Origin: Thermoanaerobaculia bacterium
GTDB lineage: Bacteria; Acidobacteriota; Thermoanaerobaculia; UBA5066
DNA length: 64,000 bases
Direction: 5' to 3'
NCBI GenBank assembly: GCA_963816185.1
Contig: CAWFJJ010000001.1
Span: 161,224 to 225,223, forward strand
Part shown: piece after piece, positions 18,037-27,520 of the stretch
Layout: each line of letters begins with the position of its first letter
Position numbering within the stretch: the first letter of the stretch is position 1
The notes under the pieces: model-generated
The model's database searches: none
Seen by the model: only the letters and a program-made list of their open reading frames with translations
What the model was told of the DNA's origin: nothing
Translations under genes and position numbers: made by a program

Positions 18037-20778
18037 TCAGGTCGCGGCGGGAAGGGATACGGTGAATCGGGCGCCACGCTTTCCCGCGGACGTCACCGTC
18101 AACGTCCCGCCATGCGCGTGGATGATATCCCTCGCGATGGCGAGCCCGAGTCCGGTCCCCCCCTTCGCGGTCTTCGTGGAATAGAACGGCTCGAACACGC
18201 GGGCCGCCTCGGCATCCGTCAGGCCGGGTCCGTTGTCCTCGACGGAGAAGATGACGTGGCCGTCGTCTGCGGCAACGCGCAGCGTGACGGCAGGCGGCGG
18301 ATCGCCGGCCGCGCGCGGCAAAGAAGGCGATGTCACCGCCTCGAGCCCGTTCTTGGCGAGATTCACGAGCACCTGGACGAGGGCGTCGCGATGGCCGGAG
18401 ACCGCCGGGAGGCCGGGCGCGGCCTCGACGTCGAGCGTTGCGCACCGCGCCGCGCTCTCGTCCGCGAGCGCCCATCCGGTCTCCTCGGCGAGGGCGGCAG
18501 GGTCGAGGCGCACGAACTCGCGCGGCTTCCCGCGCGCGAGGTCCAGAAGGCTGCCGACGAGGCGCGAGGCCCGGAAGGCCTGGCGTTCGATCTTCTCGAC
18601 GAGCGTCCGGCGGGGATCGTCGCTGGGCGTCTCGTCGAGAAGCAGGCGCGCGAACCCTGCAACGCCCGCGAGCGGCGTATTGACCTCGTGCGCGACGCCG
18701 GCCGAGAGGGTGCCGAGGGCCGCGAGGCGCTCGCGGTCGGCGAGCGCGCGTTCGAGGCGCGCGGTCTCGGTTGCGTCGTAGAGGACGAGTACGCGGGCGT
18801 GGGATCCCGGACCCGCGCCGGGAAATGGCGAGACGGCGACGTTGAGGACGCGCGGCCCCGAGCCGAGGTCCGCCTCGAGCCGCGCGGGCGGCATCTGGGA
18901 AACGAGCGCGGCAGGCAGCACATCCGCTGCCAGCGTGCCCACGAGGGACGTTGCGTCGCGCCCGAGGAGGGCTTCGAAGGCCGGGTTGACCGACGTGAAT
19001 CGGCCCAGATCATCGGTGGCTGCGATTGCCGCGGCCGAGCCCGCGACGACGTTCTCGTGAAAGCGCTGGAGCGTCCGGTAACGGTCGGCCTCGACGCGCA
19101 GCTCGTCGAACAAACGCGCGTGGTCGAGCGCGAGCGCCGCCGGCGCGAGAACGGTTTCGAGAAGCTCCGTGTCCTCGGCCGACAGGGGAACGCGCCCGGC
19201 GCGGTCGCCGACCGCGAAAAGGGCGAGGAGCCGCCCGGAAACGGTCAAGGGCGCGAGCGTGCGGAACCCTGCGTGCCTCAGGCGCGAGACGGCGGCGGTC
19301 GGACGCGCCGCAAAATCCTGCCGCGACAGGCGCGTCGTACGCGAGAGGGCCCTCGCGGGAAGCTCCGAGAGCGCGAGCGGCGGGCCTCCGTCGACGTCCA
19401 CGCCGAGGAGGACGTCCTCCTCGACGGGCAGGAGGGCCGCGCGCGAGACGCCGAGACCCCGCGAAACGCGGTCCGCAAGAATGTTCTGAAGGTCTTTGAA
19501 AGCCCGCGGCGTCGGCAGCTCTCGAACGAGCGCGAGCAGGCCTTCACGATCCCGCAGGGCTTCGCGATACTGAAGGCGCGTGAGCGCGGTCGAAAGGCCC
19601 CGACGCACGGGTCCGAAGCTGAGCGCCATGAGAAGTCCGGCGGACACCTGCAACGCCGCCCTCGCGTGGGGAATCCCCACGGCCACAGGCTGCGCGAGAA
19701 GAAGCTGGGCGAGCGTGAAGAAGCCGGCTCCTACGAGCAGGGCGCCGAGCACCGACGCCGTTTGGCGGCCGAGAACCTCGACGTCCCACAGGCGGTAACG
19801 CGTGAGCGACGCGAGGAAAGCCGCTGGAACGAGCGCGAGAGGAAGCACCGAAAGCGACGAGACGATCGGAATCGAGCCCCCGAGAAGCCGGGGCACGAGA
19901 TTCAGGAGAACGAGGGGAAGCATGCCCACGGCCGTGCCGAGCAGGAGGAAGCGGACCTGCTTCTCCGTCAGAAGGTCAGTCGGCCGCCGCGCGAGGACGA
20001 GGAGCCGTACGGCCGCAAGGGCGGCTCCCGACGCCATCCAGATGATCTGCGCGCGGTCGAGGGCGTTCACCGCTGCCGACGTGTCGCGTCCCGCCCTTCC
20101 GGAATACACGGCCGCAGTCGCGATGAGAAGCAGCGCAGCGGGCGCGAACGGGAGCCACGCGGGTGTGCGACGCATGCGCCTTGGGAACGTGAAGACGAGC
20201 GAGAGAAGGAGAGCGGGGAACAGCGCGCGCGCAACGTCCTCGATCAGAACCGCCGCGCGAAACAGCCCGTCGATCGGCGGCACCGGCGTCAGGGTGAGGA
20301 CGAGAGCCACCGAAAGGGCGAAGCCGGAGAAGACGAGCGATTCTCGCGACGGCGGGGAGGGGCGGGCCGCCGCCAAGCCCGCCGCCAGGAACGCGAGGCC
20401 CACGGCGAAGAGGAAGAGGTAGCGCCAGTCCCAGGACGACACCGGGACGTTCCGGAATGTCCGAAGCGCGTCGCCTCGGAGGACGGTCACCTCGGCGGAG
20501 CGCTCCGCGAGCCAGCGCGAAGGATCGCCCGCACGCCGCGCCTCGTCTCCGTCGACGAGCAGCAGCAAGTCACCGGGCTTCAGACCCGACGGGGCGGCGG
20601 ATTCGCCGACTCGGCGCACGCGGAGGCCCTCCGGCTCGGGCGAAACCAGGACGTCGGCCCGACCGAATGCCGAAACCTTACGCGCCAGGCAAAGCGCGGA
20701 CGGCACGAGCGCGAGCGCGAGAGAGCACAGCACGAACCATCGCGCTAGGGCGCGCACCCAGGGAGATCGAGCCTCCAT
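18037..20778 (-). CDS. Sensor histidine kinase with an N-terminal PDZ-like domain, a multi-TM domain, GAF/PAS, HisKA and HATPase
   Basis: 913 aa. H-box LSAGVAHEVNTPL. G-boxes DNGPGL and GGTGLGL. The N-terminal half is polytopic, with the motif RYRLWDVEV. Confidence 0.9.
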   Translation of the reverse strand: MEARSPWVRALARWFVLCSLALALVPSALCLARKVSAFGRADVLVSPEPEGLRVRRVGESAAPSGLKPGDLLLLVDGDEARRAGDPSRWLAERSAEVTVLRGDALRTFRNVPVSSWDWRYLFLFAVGLAFLAAGLAAARPSPPSRESLVFSGFALSVALVLTLTPVPPIDGLFRAAVLIEDVARALFPALLLSLVFTFPRRMRRTPAWLPFAPAALLLIATAAVYSGRAGRDTSAAVNALDRAQIIWMASGAALAAVRLLVLARRPTDLLTEKQVRFLLLGTAVGMLPLVLLNLVPRLLGGSIPIVSSLSVLPLALVPAAFLASLTRYRLWDVEVLGRQTASVLGALLVGAGFFTLAQLLLAQPVAVGIPHARAALQVSAGLLMALSFGPVRRGLSTALTRLQYREALRDREGLLALVRELPTPRAFKDLQNILADRVSRGLGVSRAALLPVEEDVLLGVDVDGGPPLALSELPARALSRTTRLSRQDFAARPTAAVSRLRHAGFRTLAPLTVSGRLLALFAVGDRAGRVPLSAEDTELLETVLAPAALALDHARLFDELRVEADRYRTLQRFHENVVAGSAAAIAATDDLGRFTSVNPAFEALLGRDATSLVGTLAADVLPAALVSQMPPARLEADLGSGPRVLNVAVSPFPGAGPGSHARVLVLYDATETARLERALADRERLAALGTLSAGVAHEVNTPLAGVAGFARLLLDETPSDDPRRTLVEKIERQAFRASRLVGSLLDLARGKPREFVRLDPAALAEETGWALADESAARCATLDVEAAPGLPAVSGHRDALVQVLVNLAKNGLEAVTSPSLPRAAGDPPPAVTLRVAADDGHVIFSVEDNGPGLTDAEAARVFEPFYSTKTAKGGTGLGLAIARDIIHAHGGTLTVTSAGKRGARFTVSLPAAT

Positions 20779-20790
20779 GCCAAAGTTCGC

Positions 20791-20806
20791 AGCAAGGGAG
20801 ATGCCA
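20791..20806 (-). promoter_or_regulatory. Candidate sigma54 (-24/-12) promoter TGGCAT-N5-TTGCT for the HK-NtrC operon
   Basis: The reverse complement of 20791-20806 is tggcatctcccttgct. It is one mismatch from TGGCAC-N5-TTGC. The GC of the -12 element lies 14 nt upstream of the HK ATG, so the transcript would be leaderless or nearly so. Confidence 0.45.
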
Positions 20807-20944
20807 GTTATCCGATTCCTTGAATCAGTTTAACTCATTGATGAAATGGGTCTTGCCTGCCATGGAGGGGGGCGAAGAGGTCATGCCTCACGAAATCTTG
20901 AAGACAAACCCGACTATTTGGAGAGCCGACCTTGAAAAGGCAGA

Positions 20945-22882
20945 CTAGAACGAGACCGCGAATCCGCCAGCGAGTCGGCGATTCAGCTTCTCCTCGTCCT
21001 CCCCCTCACGCCGCTTGCCGAGCTCCAGGGAGAACAACGCGCGCAGGTCCGAACCGATCGAGCGCATCGCCTCGAGCGGGATGGACTGCCCGAGCGTGAG
21101 ATCCACCGCCTCGACGTCGTTGTGCAGGACCGCTGTTCCGCGCGTGAGCGATTGCGTCACGACGCGGTAGCCCATGCCGAGCGACGTGTCTGTGGCGCGG
21201 ATGCGGATTGCGGCCCGCACGACGCCCCACGTCGCGTCGTCGGACTGAATCTCGCCGTCGCGCTGTCCCGAGAGCTTTCCCGCGCGCATCGAGACGCGGC
21301 CGTCGAGAGCCTTGCCGAGCCGCGCGGCGGCGCCGAACGAGACGTCCGTCGCGATGTCGTTCGCGAAGAAATAGAGCGAGTCGAGTCGGTCGAGAAAATC
21401 CGGATCGAAAAGCAGGCGGTAGGTGCCCGTGAGCTCGCGACGCGACGCCTCGAGGAAGAGATTCTGGTCCTCGCCGGTCTGCCATCTCAGGCCCGCCTTG
21501 TACAACGCGCGCGAGCGCCGCGTGAGATCGGCCTCGTCGGTGCCCGCCTCTCCCGGCAGGAGCTCGTCGCCGTCGAGACGCCGCTCGAAGCGGCGCGCGG
21601 CGAAGCCGTAGAGCTTCCAGCCGTCGCGCGTCGCGATCGCGAGCGTGACCTCGGGTGTAATGCCGCGCGAACGCTCCGACACGTCGCCCGTCCCGCCCGT
21701 CTCGATCACGAAGACGTCGAGCAAACGGACGCCCGCGACGGCGCCCGCCCGCGTCTCCCGGTCGAAAGGCGACGTCTGGCCGGCGAACTCGTTCATGGCG
21801 CTCCGATAGGAGACGGAGACGCGCGCGAACGTCGAGGAGGAGAGGTCGGTTTGATAGCGGGCGGCGACGTCGACGGCGTTCGACTCCCGCGCGAAAAGGT
21901 CCGCCACGGGCCCTGCCGACAACAGCCGTGACTGCGAGACGACGTGGGCGGAGACCGATGCCTGTGAGCGCTCCGAGACGGCGCCGTTCCAATCGAGAGA
22001 GTGTGCGGCAAAGCGTGCGCCGTCGGCGTCGTCGGCCACGGTCTGCTGGCGGGAGGAGAGGTGAATGTTCTGGCCCGAGCCCATCGGCCCCGATGCCAGG
22101 TCGAGCGCCACGCGCGACGCATCGCCCGTCTTCTCGCCCGACATCGCGGCGAGCCGCGCGTAGGCGCCCGAGGCTCCCCAGCGCAGCTTGTCTCCGGCCG
22201 TTCCGCTCAGATCGAGCGAGGCCCGTGACAGGGAGGAGGCGCCCGCGGCGCCGAATCCCGCGGTGGACGCCACGGACGCGCGGACGGGAAGTGAGGTCGT
22301 TCGCCCGTCACGGCCTGCGATCGAGACGGGGGGCGTCGCGTTCTCGGGTCCTTGCTCGAGGGCGGCCAGCACCGCGGGGACCTCGCGCAGGACGTCGCCT
22401 GGCGCGACGGCGCGTGCGATCCATGCGTCGAGGGGTCCGCCCGTCGCCTCGGGGAGGATGCCGGCCGGAGGTTCGAGATCGAGGCGTACGAAGGAGAGTG
22501 CGCCGTCGGAGGTCGCCCGGTGCAGTAAGCGTACGAGCGCGGGGCGGAAGCCCGGCACGACGGAGAGGACCGTGTAGAGGCCTTCGGCCGCGTCGCCGAG
22601 GACGAACGTGCCGTCCGTGTCGCTCTTGAGGAGCTTCACGACGCTCGCTCCTCCGGCCGTCACGCCGCGCACGACGAGGGCGGCGCCCGGGACGGGCACG
22701 CCGCCGGCCCTCACGATGCCCGACAGAGGGGCCCGGCGCGCTCCGGCTTCGCCCGCGGCCGCGGGGCGCGCAAGAAGCGCCGCCGCAGCCACTCCGGCAA
22801 GCAGGCGTCCGGTCGAGCGGCTCAAAAGGGTCACGAACCCTCCCCTTTGACTATCATCCGCCCGGTTTCGGCGCCCCGTCAA
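20945..22882 (-). CDS. Outer-membrane beta-barrel protein with an N-terminal carboxypeptidase-regulatory-like domain
   Basis: 645 aa. Signal peptide (LLAGVAAAALLARPAAA). CarbopepD_reg-like motif GIVRAGGVPVPGAALVV ... TDGTFVL. The remainder is amphipathic beta-strand-rich and ends in a terminal F. Confidence 0.65.
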   Translation of the reverse strand: MTGRRNRADDSQRGGFVTLLSRSTGRLLAGVAAAALLARPAAAGEAGARRAPLSGIVRAGGVPVPGAALVVRGVTAGGASVVKLLKSDTDGTFVLGDAAEGLYTVLSVVPGFRPALVRLLHRATSDGALSFVRLDLEPPAGILPEATGGPLDAWIARAVAPGDVLREVPAVLAALEQGPENATPPVSIAGRDGRTTSLPVRASVASTAGFGAAGASSLSRASLDLSGTAGDKLRWGASGAYARLAAMSGEKTGDASRVALDLASGPMGSGQNIHLSSRQQTVADDADGARFAAHSLDWNGAVSERSQASVSAHVVSQSRLLSAGPVADLFARESNAVDVAARYQTDLSSSTFARVSVSYRSAMNEFAGQTSPFDRETRAGAVAGVRLLDVFVIETGGTGDVSERSRGITPEVTLAIATRDGWKLYGFAARRFERRLDGDELLPGEAGTDEADLTRRSRALYKAGLRWQTGEDQNLFLEASRRELTGTYRLLFDPDFLDRLDSLYFFANDIATDVSFGAAARLGKALDGRVSMRAGKLSGQRDGEIQSDDATWGVVRAAIRIRATDTSLGMGYRVVTQSLTRGTAVLHNDVEAVDLTLGQSIPLEAMRSIGSDLRALFSLELGKRREGEDEEKLNRRLAGGFAVSF

Positions 22883-22906
22883 CCGGAGTTTGAAGCGAGT
22901 GACACG

Positions 22907-23818
22907 TCAGGCCGCCGGTCCCAGACCAAGCGTGGCGCGGATCACGTGCCGGGCGACCGAGGGATTCTCCTTGAGCCGCCGCGTCGAGTAGGCGTACCAG
23001 TCCGCTCCGAACGGGACGTACACGCGCAGCCGGTGGCCGGCGTCGAGAAGGCTGCGCCTGAGGACGGGGTCTACGCCGAGAAGCATCTGAAACTCGTAGC
23101 GGTCGGGTCCGAGAGAGAGACGGTCGATCGTGGCCAGCGCGCGCTGCACGCAGGCCTCGTCGTGCGTCGCGATACACGCGTAGCAGCCCGCGGACAGGTG
23201 CTTGTCGACGAGCGCACTGAAGCTGTCGATGATCGTCGCGCGCTCCTTCCAGGCGATCGTGCGGGGCTCCACGTAAATACCCTTGCAGATCCTCACGTTC
23301 ATGCGGGCTGCGACGAGGCGGTCGAGATCGTGCAGGCTGCGCTTCAGGTAGGCCTGAATCGCGACCCCCACGGCGGGGAACTTCGCCTTGAGCTCGAGCG
23401 CAAGGCGGAGCGTCGACTCCGTGTAGGGGCTGTCCTCCATGTCGAGGCGGACGAACATGCCGTGCGAGGCGGCGCGCGCGCAGATGTCCGTGCAGTTGTC
23501 GAAGGCGAGAGCCGGGTCGATCGCGAGACCCACGGCGGTCGCCTTCACGGAGACGTTCGCGTCGAGGCCGCTCGAGGCGATCGCGTCGATGACGCGCAGG
23601 TACTGATCCCGCGTGGTCCCCGTCTGCTCCTTGCGGGTCACGCTCTCCCCGAGAATGTCGAGCGTTGCCATCGCGCCCTCCGCAGCGAGCGCGCGCACGG
23701 TGGCGAGCGCGTCGTCGAGAGTCGCACCCGCCACGTACCGCGAAGCCACGCGCTTCACGAGCGCGCGCGGAACGAGCGGAAGGGTGCCGACGACGAGGCG
23801 GTCGAACAGCGCCGTCAT
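22907..23818 (-). CDS. Proline dehydrogenase (monofunctional)
   Basis: 303 aa. It is a TIM-barrel ProDH-like sequence (ATLDILGES, VSVKATAVG, VRLDMEDS, YVPFGADWYAY, RRLKEN). Confidence 0.85.
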   Translation of the reverse strand: MTALFDRLVVGTLPLVPRALVKRVASRYVAGATLDDALATVRALAAEGAMATLDILGESVTRKEQTGTTRDQYLRVIDAIASSGLDANVSVKATAVGLAIDPALAFDNCTDICARAASHGMFVRLDMEDSPYTESTLRLALELKAKFPAVGVAIQAYLKRSLHDLDRLVAARMNVRICKGIYVEPRTIAWKERATIIDSFSALVDKHLSAGCYACIATHDEACVQRALATIDRLSLGPDRYEFQMLLGVDPVLRRSLLDAGHRLRVYVPFGADWYAYSTRRLKENPSVARHVIRATLGLGPAA

Positions 23819-24534
23819 CCGTTCTCCGGCGTTCGGGCAAGGACGAGGGCCCGCACCTCGGCCGCTCCCGCTGCTGAGAGCGCGTCGGCCGCCGCGAACA
23901 GGGTCGCGCCCGTCGTGACGACATCGTCGACCAGAACGAGGACGCGCCCTCGTGCCCGGGGAGATGCGGCAAACGCGCCCTTGACGTTCGCACGCCGGCC
24001 CGGCGCGGGCAGAGAAGACTGCGGTGGCGTGTCGCGTGTGCGAGAGAGAAGGACCCGGTTCGGCGTATCGAGGCGGCGGCTCGTCTCGTGGGCGAGAAGC
24101 ATGGCCGGATCGTACCCGCGCTCGCGGTTACGCCGCCGGGTGGACGGCACGCTCACGAGCGCGTGAGCGCCGTCCGTAATTCCCGTGGAGAGGGCGAGAG
24201 CGGCCAGGCGATCGCCGAGAGGCGCCGCCAGGAGGTCCCAGCCGGCGAACTTGAACGCGTGATGGAGCGTGCGCAGGCCGCCCGCGTAGAGACCGAATGC
24301 GGCCGTGCGCGTCACCGCCGGGGGGGCGAGGCGGCAGCTCGCGCAGGGTGAACCGCTGCCCGGCAACGCGCAGCGCGGGCATGCGGCGGCCGCGTCGAGG
24401 ATGGGGAGCGACGCCCAGCAGGCTCGGCATACGCCCCCGCCGCCGAGATCGACGCGCGGGGCGTCACAGACGCCGCATCGCGATGGAGCCAGGAGCTCGA
24501 GTAGGGGCGCGAAAAATGCGTGGCCCGACGTCAT
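23815..24534 (-). CDS. comF: ComF-family phosphoribosyltransferase-like protein
   Basis: N-terminal Cys cluster (SRCGVCD ... CRACW ... CPRC ... CASC). C-terminal PRTase motif VLVLVDDVVTTGAT. Possible starts extend upstream to 24609. There is an ATGA overlap with the ProDH start. Confidence 0.7.
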   Translation of the reverse strand: MTSGHAFFAPLLELLAPSRCGVCDAPRVDLGGGGVCRACWASLPILDAAAACPRCALPGSGSPCASCRLAPPAVTRTAAFGLYAGGLRTLHHAFKFAGWDLLAAPLGDRLAALALSTGITDGAHALVSVPSTRRRNRERGYDPAMLLAHETSRRLDTPNRVLLSRTRDTPPQSSLPAPGRRANVKGAFAASPRARGRVLVLVDDVVTTGATLFAAADALSAAGAAEVRALVLARTPENG

Positions 24535-24655
24535 CTGTGTCGCTGTTCCGGCGCCCGGCACGGTCATCGATTCTAGACGAGGGATTGCCGGCCTCCGTAT
24601 TCGCAGCATGCATCATGTCTTCGGTCGGGCCCTCTCTGACGTATCCTCGCCGGCG

Positions 24656-25249
24656 ATGTCGCGACGATTCGCGCGCGCGTTCGCGCTCGCCGCCCTTCTC
24701 GTCTTGTGGTGTCGTGTCGTCTCGGCGCAGACGACGCGGGTCCAGGAGTTCCCGTTCGCCGTCGGCGCCGGCGGATCTTTCGTGAACGACACGGGGCATT
24801 CCGCCGACGTGAAGGCCTTCTCGACCGGCGGGTTCCACGCCTTTGCCGAGCTCGCTCTCGACCCGGGCGTTCTTCTTCAGGTGCGGTACGAGAGCTTCCT
24901 GCTGCCGGGCAGGGCCTCCCAAGCTCCTTTCCAGCCCGCGGCCGCCGCTCCCCGAACGAAGGTGGAGGCGGGCGACGTGACCGTTGCCTACGTTTTCCGC
25001 GAGGAGTGGTGGGAGGCTGGCCTGTTTGCCGGAGTCGGCCTTTACGGCCTCACGCCACGATCTCCCGAGGCGGGCCAGACGCCCGTTGCCGTCCACGAGA
25101 CCGTCTTCGGCTGGAATGGCGGGTTACTCCTCACCTTCCAGCTCGCACGGCGCTGGGACCTGCGCGTCGAAGCAGCGGGCTATCTCCTGCAAGACGTTGC
25201 CGCGACCAAGATCGTTCGCCTCGGCGGCTCCGTCGCGTACCACTTTTAG
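24656..25249 (+). CDS. Small outer-membrane beta-barrel protein
   Basis: Signal peptide MSRRFARAFALAALLVLWCRVVSAQ. The strands alternate in hydrophobicity. It ends in the C-terminal aromatic VAYHF. An alternative start is at 24608. Confidence 0.55.
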   Translation: MSRRFARAFALAALLVLWCRVVSAQTTRVQEFPFAVGAGGSFVNDTGHSADVKAFSTGGFHAFAELALDPGVLLQVRYESFLLPGRASQAPFQPAAAAPRTKVEAGDVTVAYVFREEWWEAGLFAGVGLYGLTPRSPEAGQTPVAVHETVFGWNGGLLLTFQLARRWDLRVEAAGYLLQDVAATKIVRLGGSVAYHF

Positions 25250-25637
25250 TAATCCCGATCACGTTTCGACGCCCAAAACGGTGGGCTCCCACCCGACCTT
25301 TCGGTCGGGCGGGGATTGCGGCGGTGGGATTGACTAACTGAGGCTCTGGATGGAGGGAAGAAACTGGAGGGCCCGGCGGCCGAATGGCCGGCGGGACTGG
25401 GGGGTGGAAATGAAGATCGTCGTATCCATTTGAGATTTTGTCGAAATGTCCGTTTCGATCTCCTGTCCATGTATACGCAAGGTCGATGCCTTCTGTTTCC
25501 GCCTCAGCGAGAAAAACAGTAAGCCATTTAATCCAAATCGCTTACACGCGATCAGGGTCTCTTGCATGAGGCGGGAAATTCCTGCGCGAGAGATCGAAAA
25601 TGGACACTCCCGGTGCGAAAACGACACTTCGCCCGAC

Positions 25638-26096
25638 TCAGGCTCCTTCCGAAAGGGGCAGAAGCGTGGAGTCTTTCTTGACGGAAAGGGAGAGCTCGAC
25701 GCGGGTTCTCACGACGCCACGAAGCGTCTGGACTTTCTCCCTCAGGATCGCCTCCAGGTGCTCCACGTCGCGAGCGCGGATCTTCAGCCGGTAGCCGAAG
25801 TCGCCCGAGATCGCATAGCACTCCTGGACGTCGAGCAGGGCTTCGATCTCCTCGAGAAACGGTCGCTCGAAACGCGGGTGCTCGAGCAGGACGTCCACGT
25901 GCGCCACGAGGGGCATTCCGACGAGGCGAGGATCGAGGAGAGCCGTGAAGCGCCGGATGAATCCGCGCGTCTCCAGTTTCTTGATCCGCTCGTTGACGGA
26001 TGGCGTCGTGAGCCCGACCGTTTCCGCGATTCTCGCCTGCGAGATCTTCGCGTCCCGCTGGAGGATATCGAGGATCCGGCGATCGATGTCGTCCAT
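25638..26096 (-). CDS. Lrp/AsnC-family transcriptional regulator
   Basis: 152 aa from MDDIDRRILDILQRDAKISQARIAETVGLTTPSVNERIKKLE. HTH plus RAM domain. Confidence 0.85.
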   Translation of the reverse strand: MDDIDRRILDILQRDAKISQARIAETVGLTTPSVNERIKKLETRGFIRRFTALLDPRLVGMPLVAHVDVLLEHPRFERPFLEEIEALLDVQECYAISGDFGYRLKIRARDVEHLEAILREKVQTLRGVVRTRVELSLSVKKDSTLLPLSEGA

Positions 26097-26177
26097 ATAA
26101 AATTCGGTCTGAAGGTTCGAAACCCGAACTTTATATGGTTGCAGGGCCCGAAGCAACCAGGGCGCCTTGCTCCAGGG

Positions 26178-27431
26178 TCAGGCGGCTGGACCGGGAACCT
26201 CGGCTCCTTTCGGGATCACCACGACACCTCCCTCGGAGACGTGGAAGCGCTTGCGATCCTCCTCCGCGTCGAAGCCGATCTCGGTGTGGGGCGGAATCTG
26301 CACGCCGCGGTCGACGATGACCCGGCGGAGGCGTGCGTAACGCCCCACGTCGACGCCGTCCATGAGCACGCACTCCTCGACGTGGGAGAACGAGTTGATC
26401 CTCACGCGCGGGAACAGGATCGAGCGGTGAATCGTGCCGCCCGAGATGATGCAGCCCGACGCGACCGTCGAGTCGGTCGCGATTCCGATACGCTGGGAGA
26501 CCGCGTCCGCGAAGACGAACTTCGCGGGCGGCTGCTGCGAGGCGTGGCTCTTGAGCGGCCACTTGTGGTTGTAGAGGTTGAGCGGCGGCGTCACCGAGAT
26601 CAGGTCCATCGAAGCATCCCAGTAGGAATCGATCGTGCCGACGTCCCGCCAGTAGGGCGCGAGATCCTCGGCTCCCGGGACGCGGTTCGTCGAGAAGTCG
26701 TACGCGTAGAGGCCCACGCCACCCGCCAGCAGCGCCGGGATGATCGTCTTGCCGAAGTCGTGGGAGGTGTCCTGAAGGGCGTCGTGCTCGAGCGCATCGA
26801 TCAGGACGCCCGCGCGGAAGATGTAATTGCCCATCGACGCGAGCGCGAGGTCGGGGTGGCCGGGCATCGGGCGGGGCACCGCGGGTTTCTCGTGGAAGTT
26901 GACGATCCTTCCGTTTTCATCGACGTCGAGGATGCCGAACCGGGAGGCCTCGGCGATCGGCACGGGAATCGCCGCGATCGTGAGGTCGTGCCCGCCTTCC
27001 TCGTGGGCGAGGAGCATCGGGTTCACGTCCATCATGTAGATGTGGTCGCCGCCGAACACGCAGACGTGGTCGGGCTCCTCGTCGAAGATCAGGTCGAGAT
27101 TCTGGTAGACCGCGTCCGCCGTCCCTCGGAACCAGTGCGGTCCGCGGCGCATCTGGGCCGGCACGGGATCCACGAACTGTCCGATGTCGGAGCTCAGGCG
27201 CCAGGTGCGGATGATGTGCTCGATGAGCGAGTTCGACTTGAATTGCGTCAGGACCTTGATCTTCGTGAGGCCGGAGTTGACGCAGTTGTTGAGCGCGAAA
27301 TCGATGATGCGATAACGGCCGCCGAACGGGACGGCGGGTTTCGCGCGATCCCGCGTGAGCGGAAACAGTCGCTCACCCATCCCGCCGGCGAGGATGATCG
27401 AGAGGACGTCGCGATGCTGCAGGATCTTCAC
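26178..27431 (-). CDS. glgC: Glucose-1-phosphate adenylyltransferase
   Basis: 417 aa. N-terminal LAGGMGERLFPLT and a C-terminal left-handed beta-helix region. Confidence 0.9.
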   Translation of the reverse strand: MKILQHRDVLSIILAGGMGERLFPLTRDRAKPAVPFGGRYRIIDFALNNCVNSGLTKIKVLTQFKSNSLIEHIIRTWRLSSDIGQFVDPVPAQMRRGPHWFRGTADAVYQNLDLIFDEEPDHVCVFGGDHIYMMDVNPMLLAHEEGGHDLTIAAIPVPIAEASRFGILDVDENGRIVNFHEKPAVPRPMPGHPDLALASMGNYIFRAGVLIDALEHDALQDTSHDFGKTIIPALLAGGVGLYAYDFSTNRVPGAEDLAPYWRDVGTIDSYWDASMDLISVTPPLNLYNHKWPLKSHASQQPPAKFVFADAVSQRIGIATDSTVASGCIISGGTIHRSILFPRVRINSFSHVEECVLMDGVDVGRYARLRRVIVDRGVQIPPHTEIGFDAEEDRKRFHVSEGGVVVIPKGAEVPGPAA

Positions 27432-27520
27432 GCGGCTCCCGCCCTGAGATGCCCCACGATCGTACCGCGTTCGGCGCTCCTTTCGGGGGTTGGCGCGCGT
27501 CGGGTATCGTAGCGGCGCGG

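Noticed and set aside
17821-20748. 975-aa ORF on the + strand
   Set aside because: It is antisense to the histidine kinase. It is low-complexity and has no recognisable motifs.
25446-27512. 688-aa ORF on the + strand
   Set aside because: It is antisense to glgC and the Lrp regulator. It is low-complexity.
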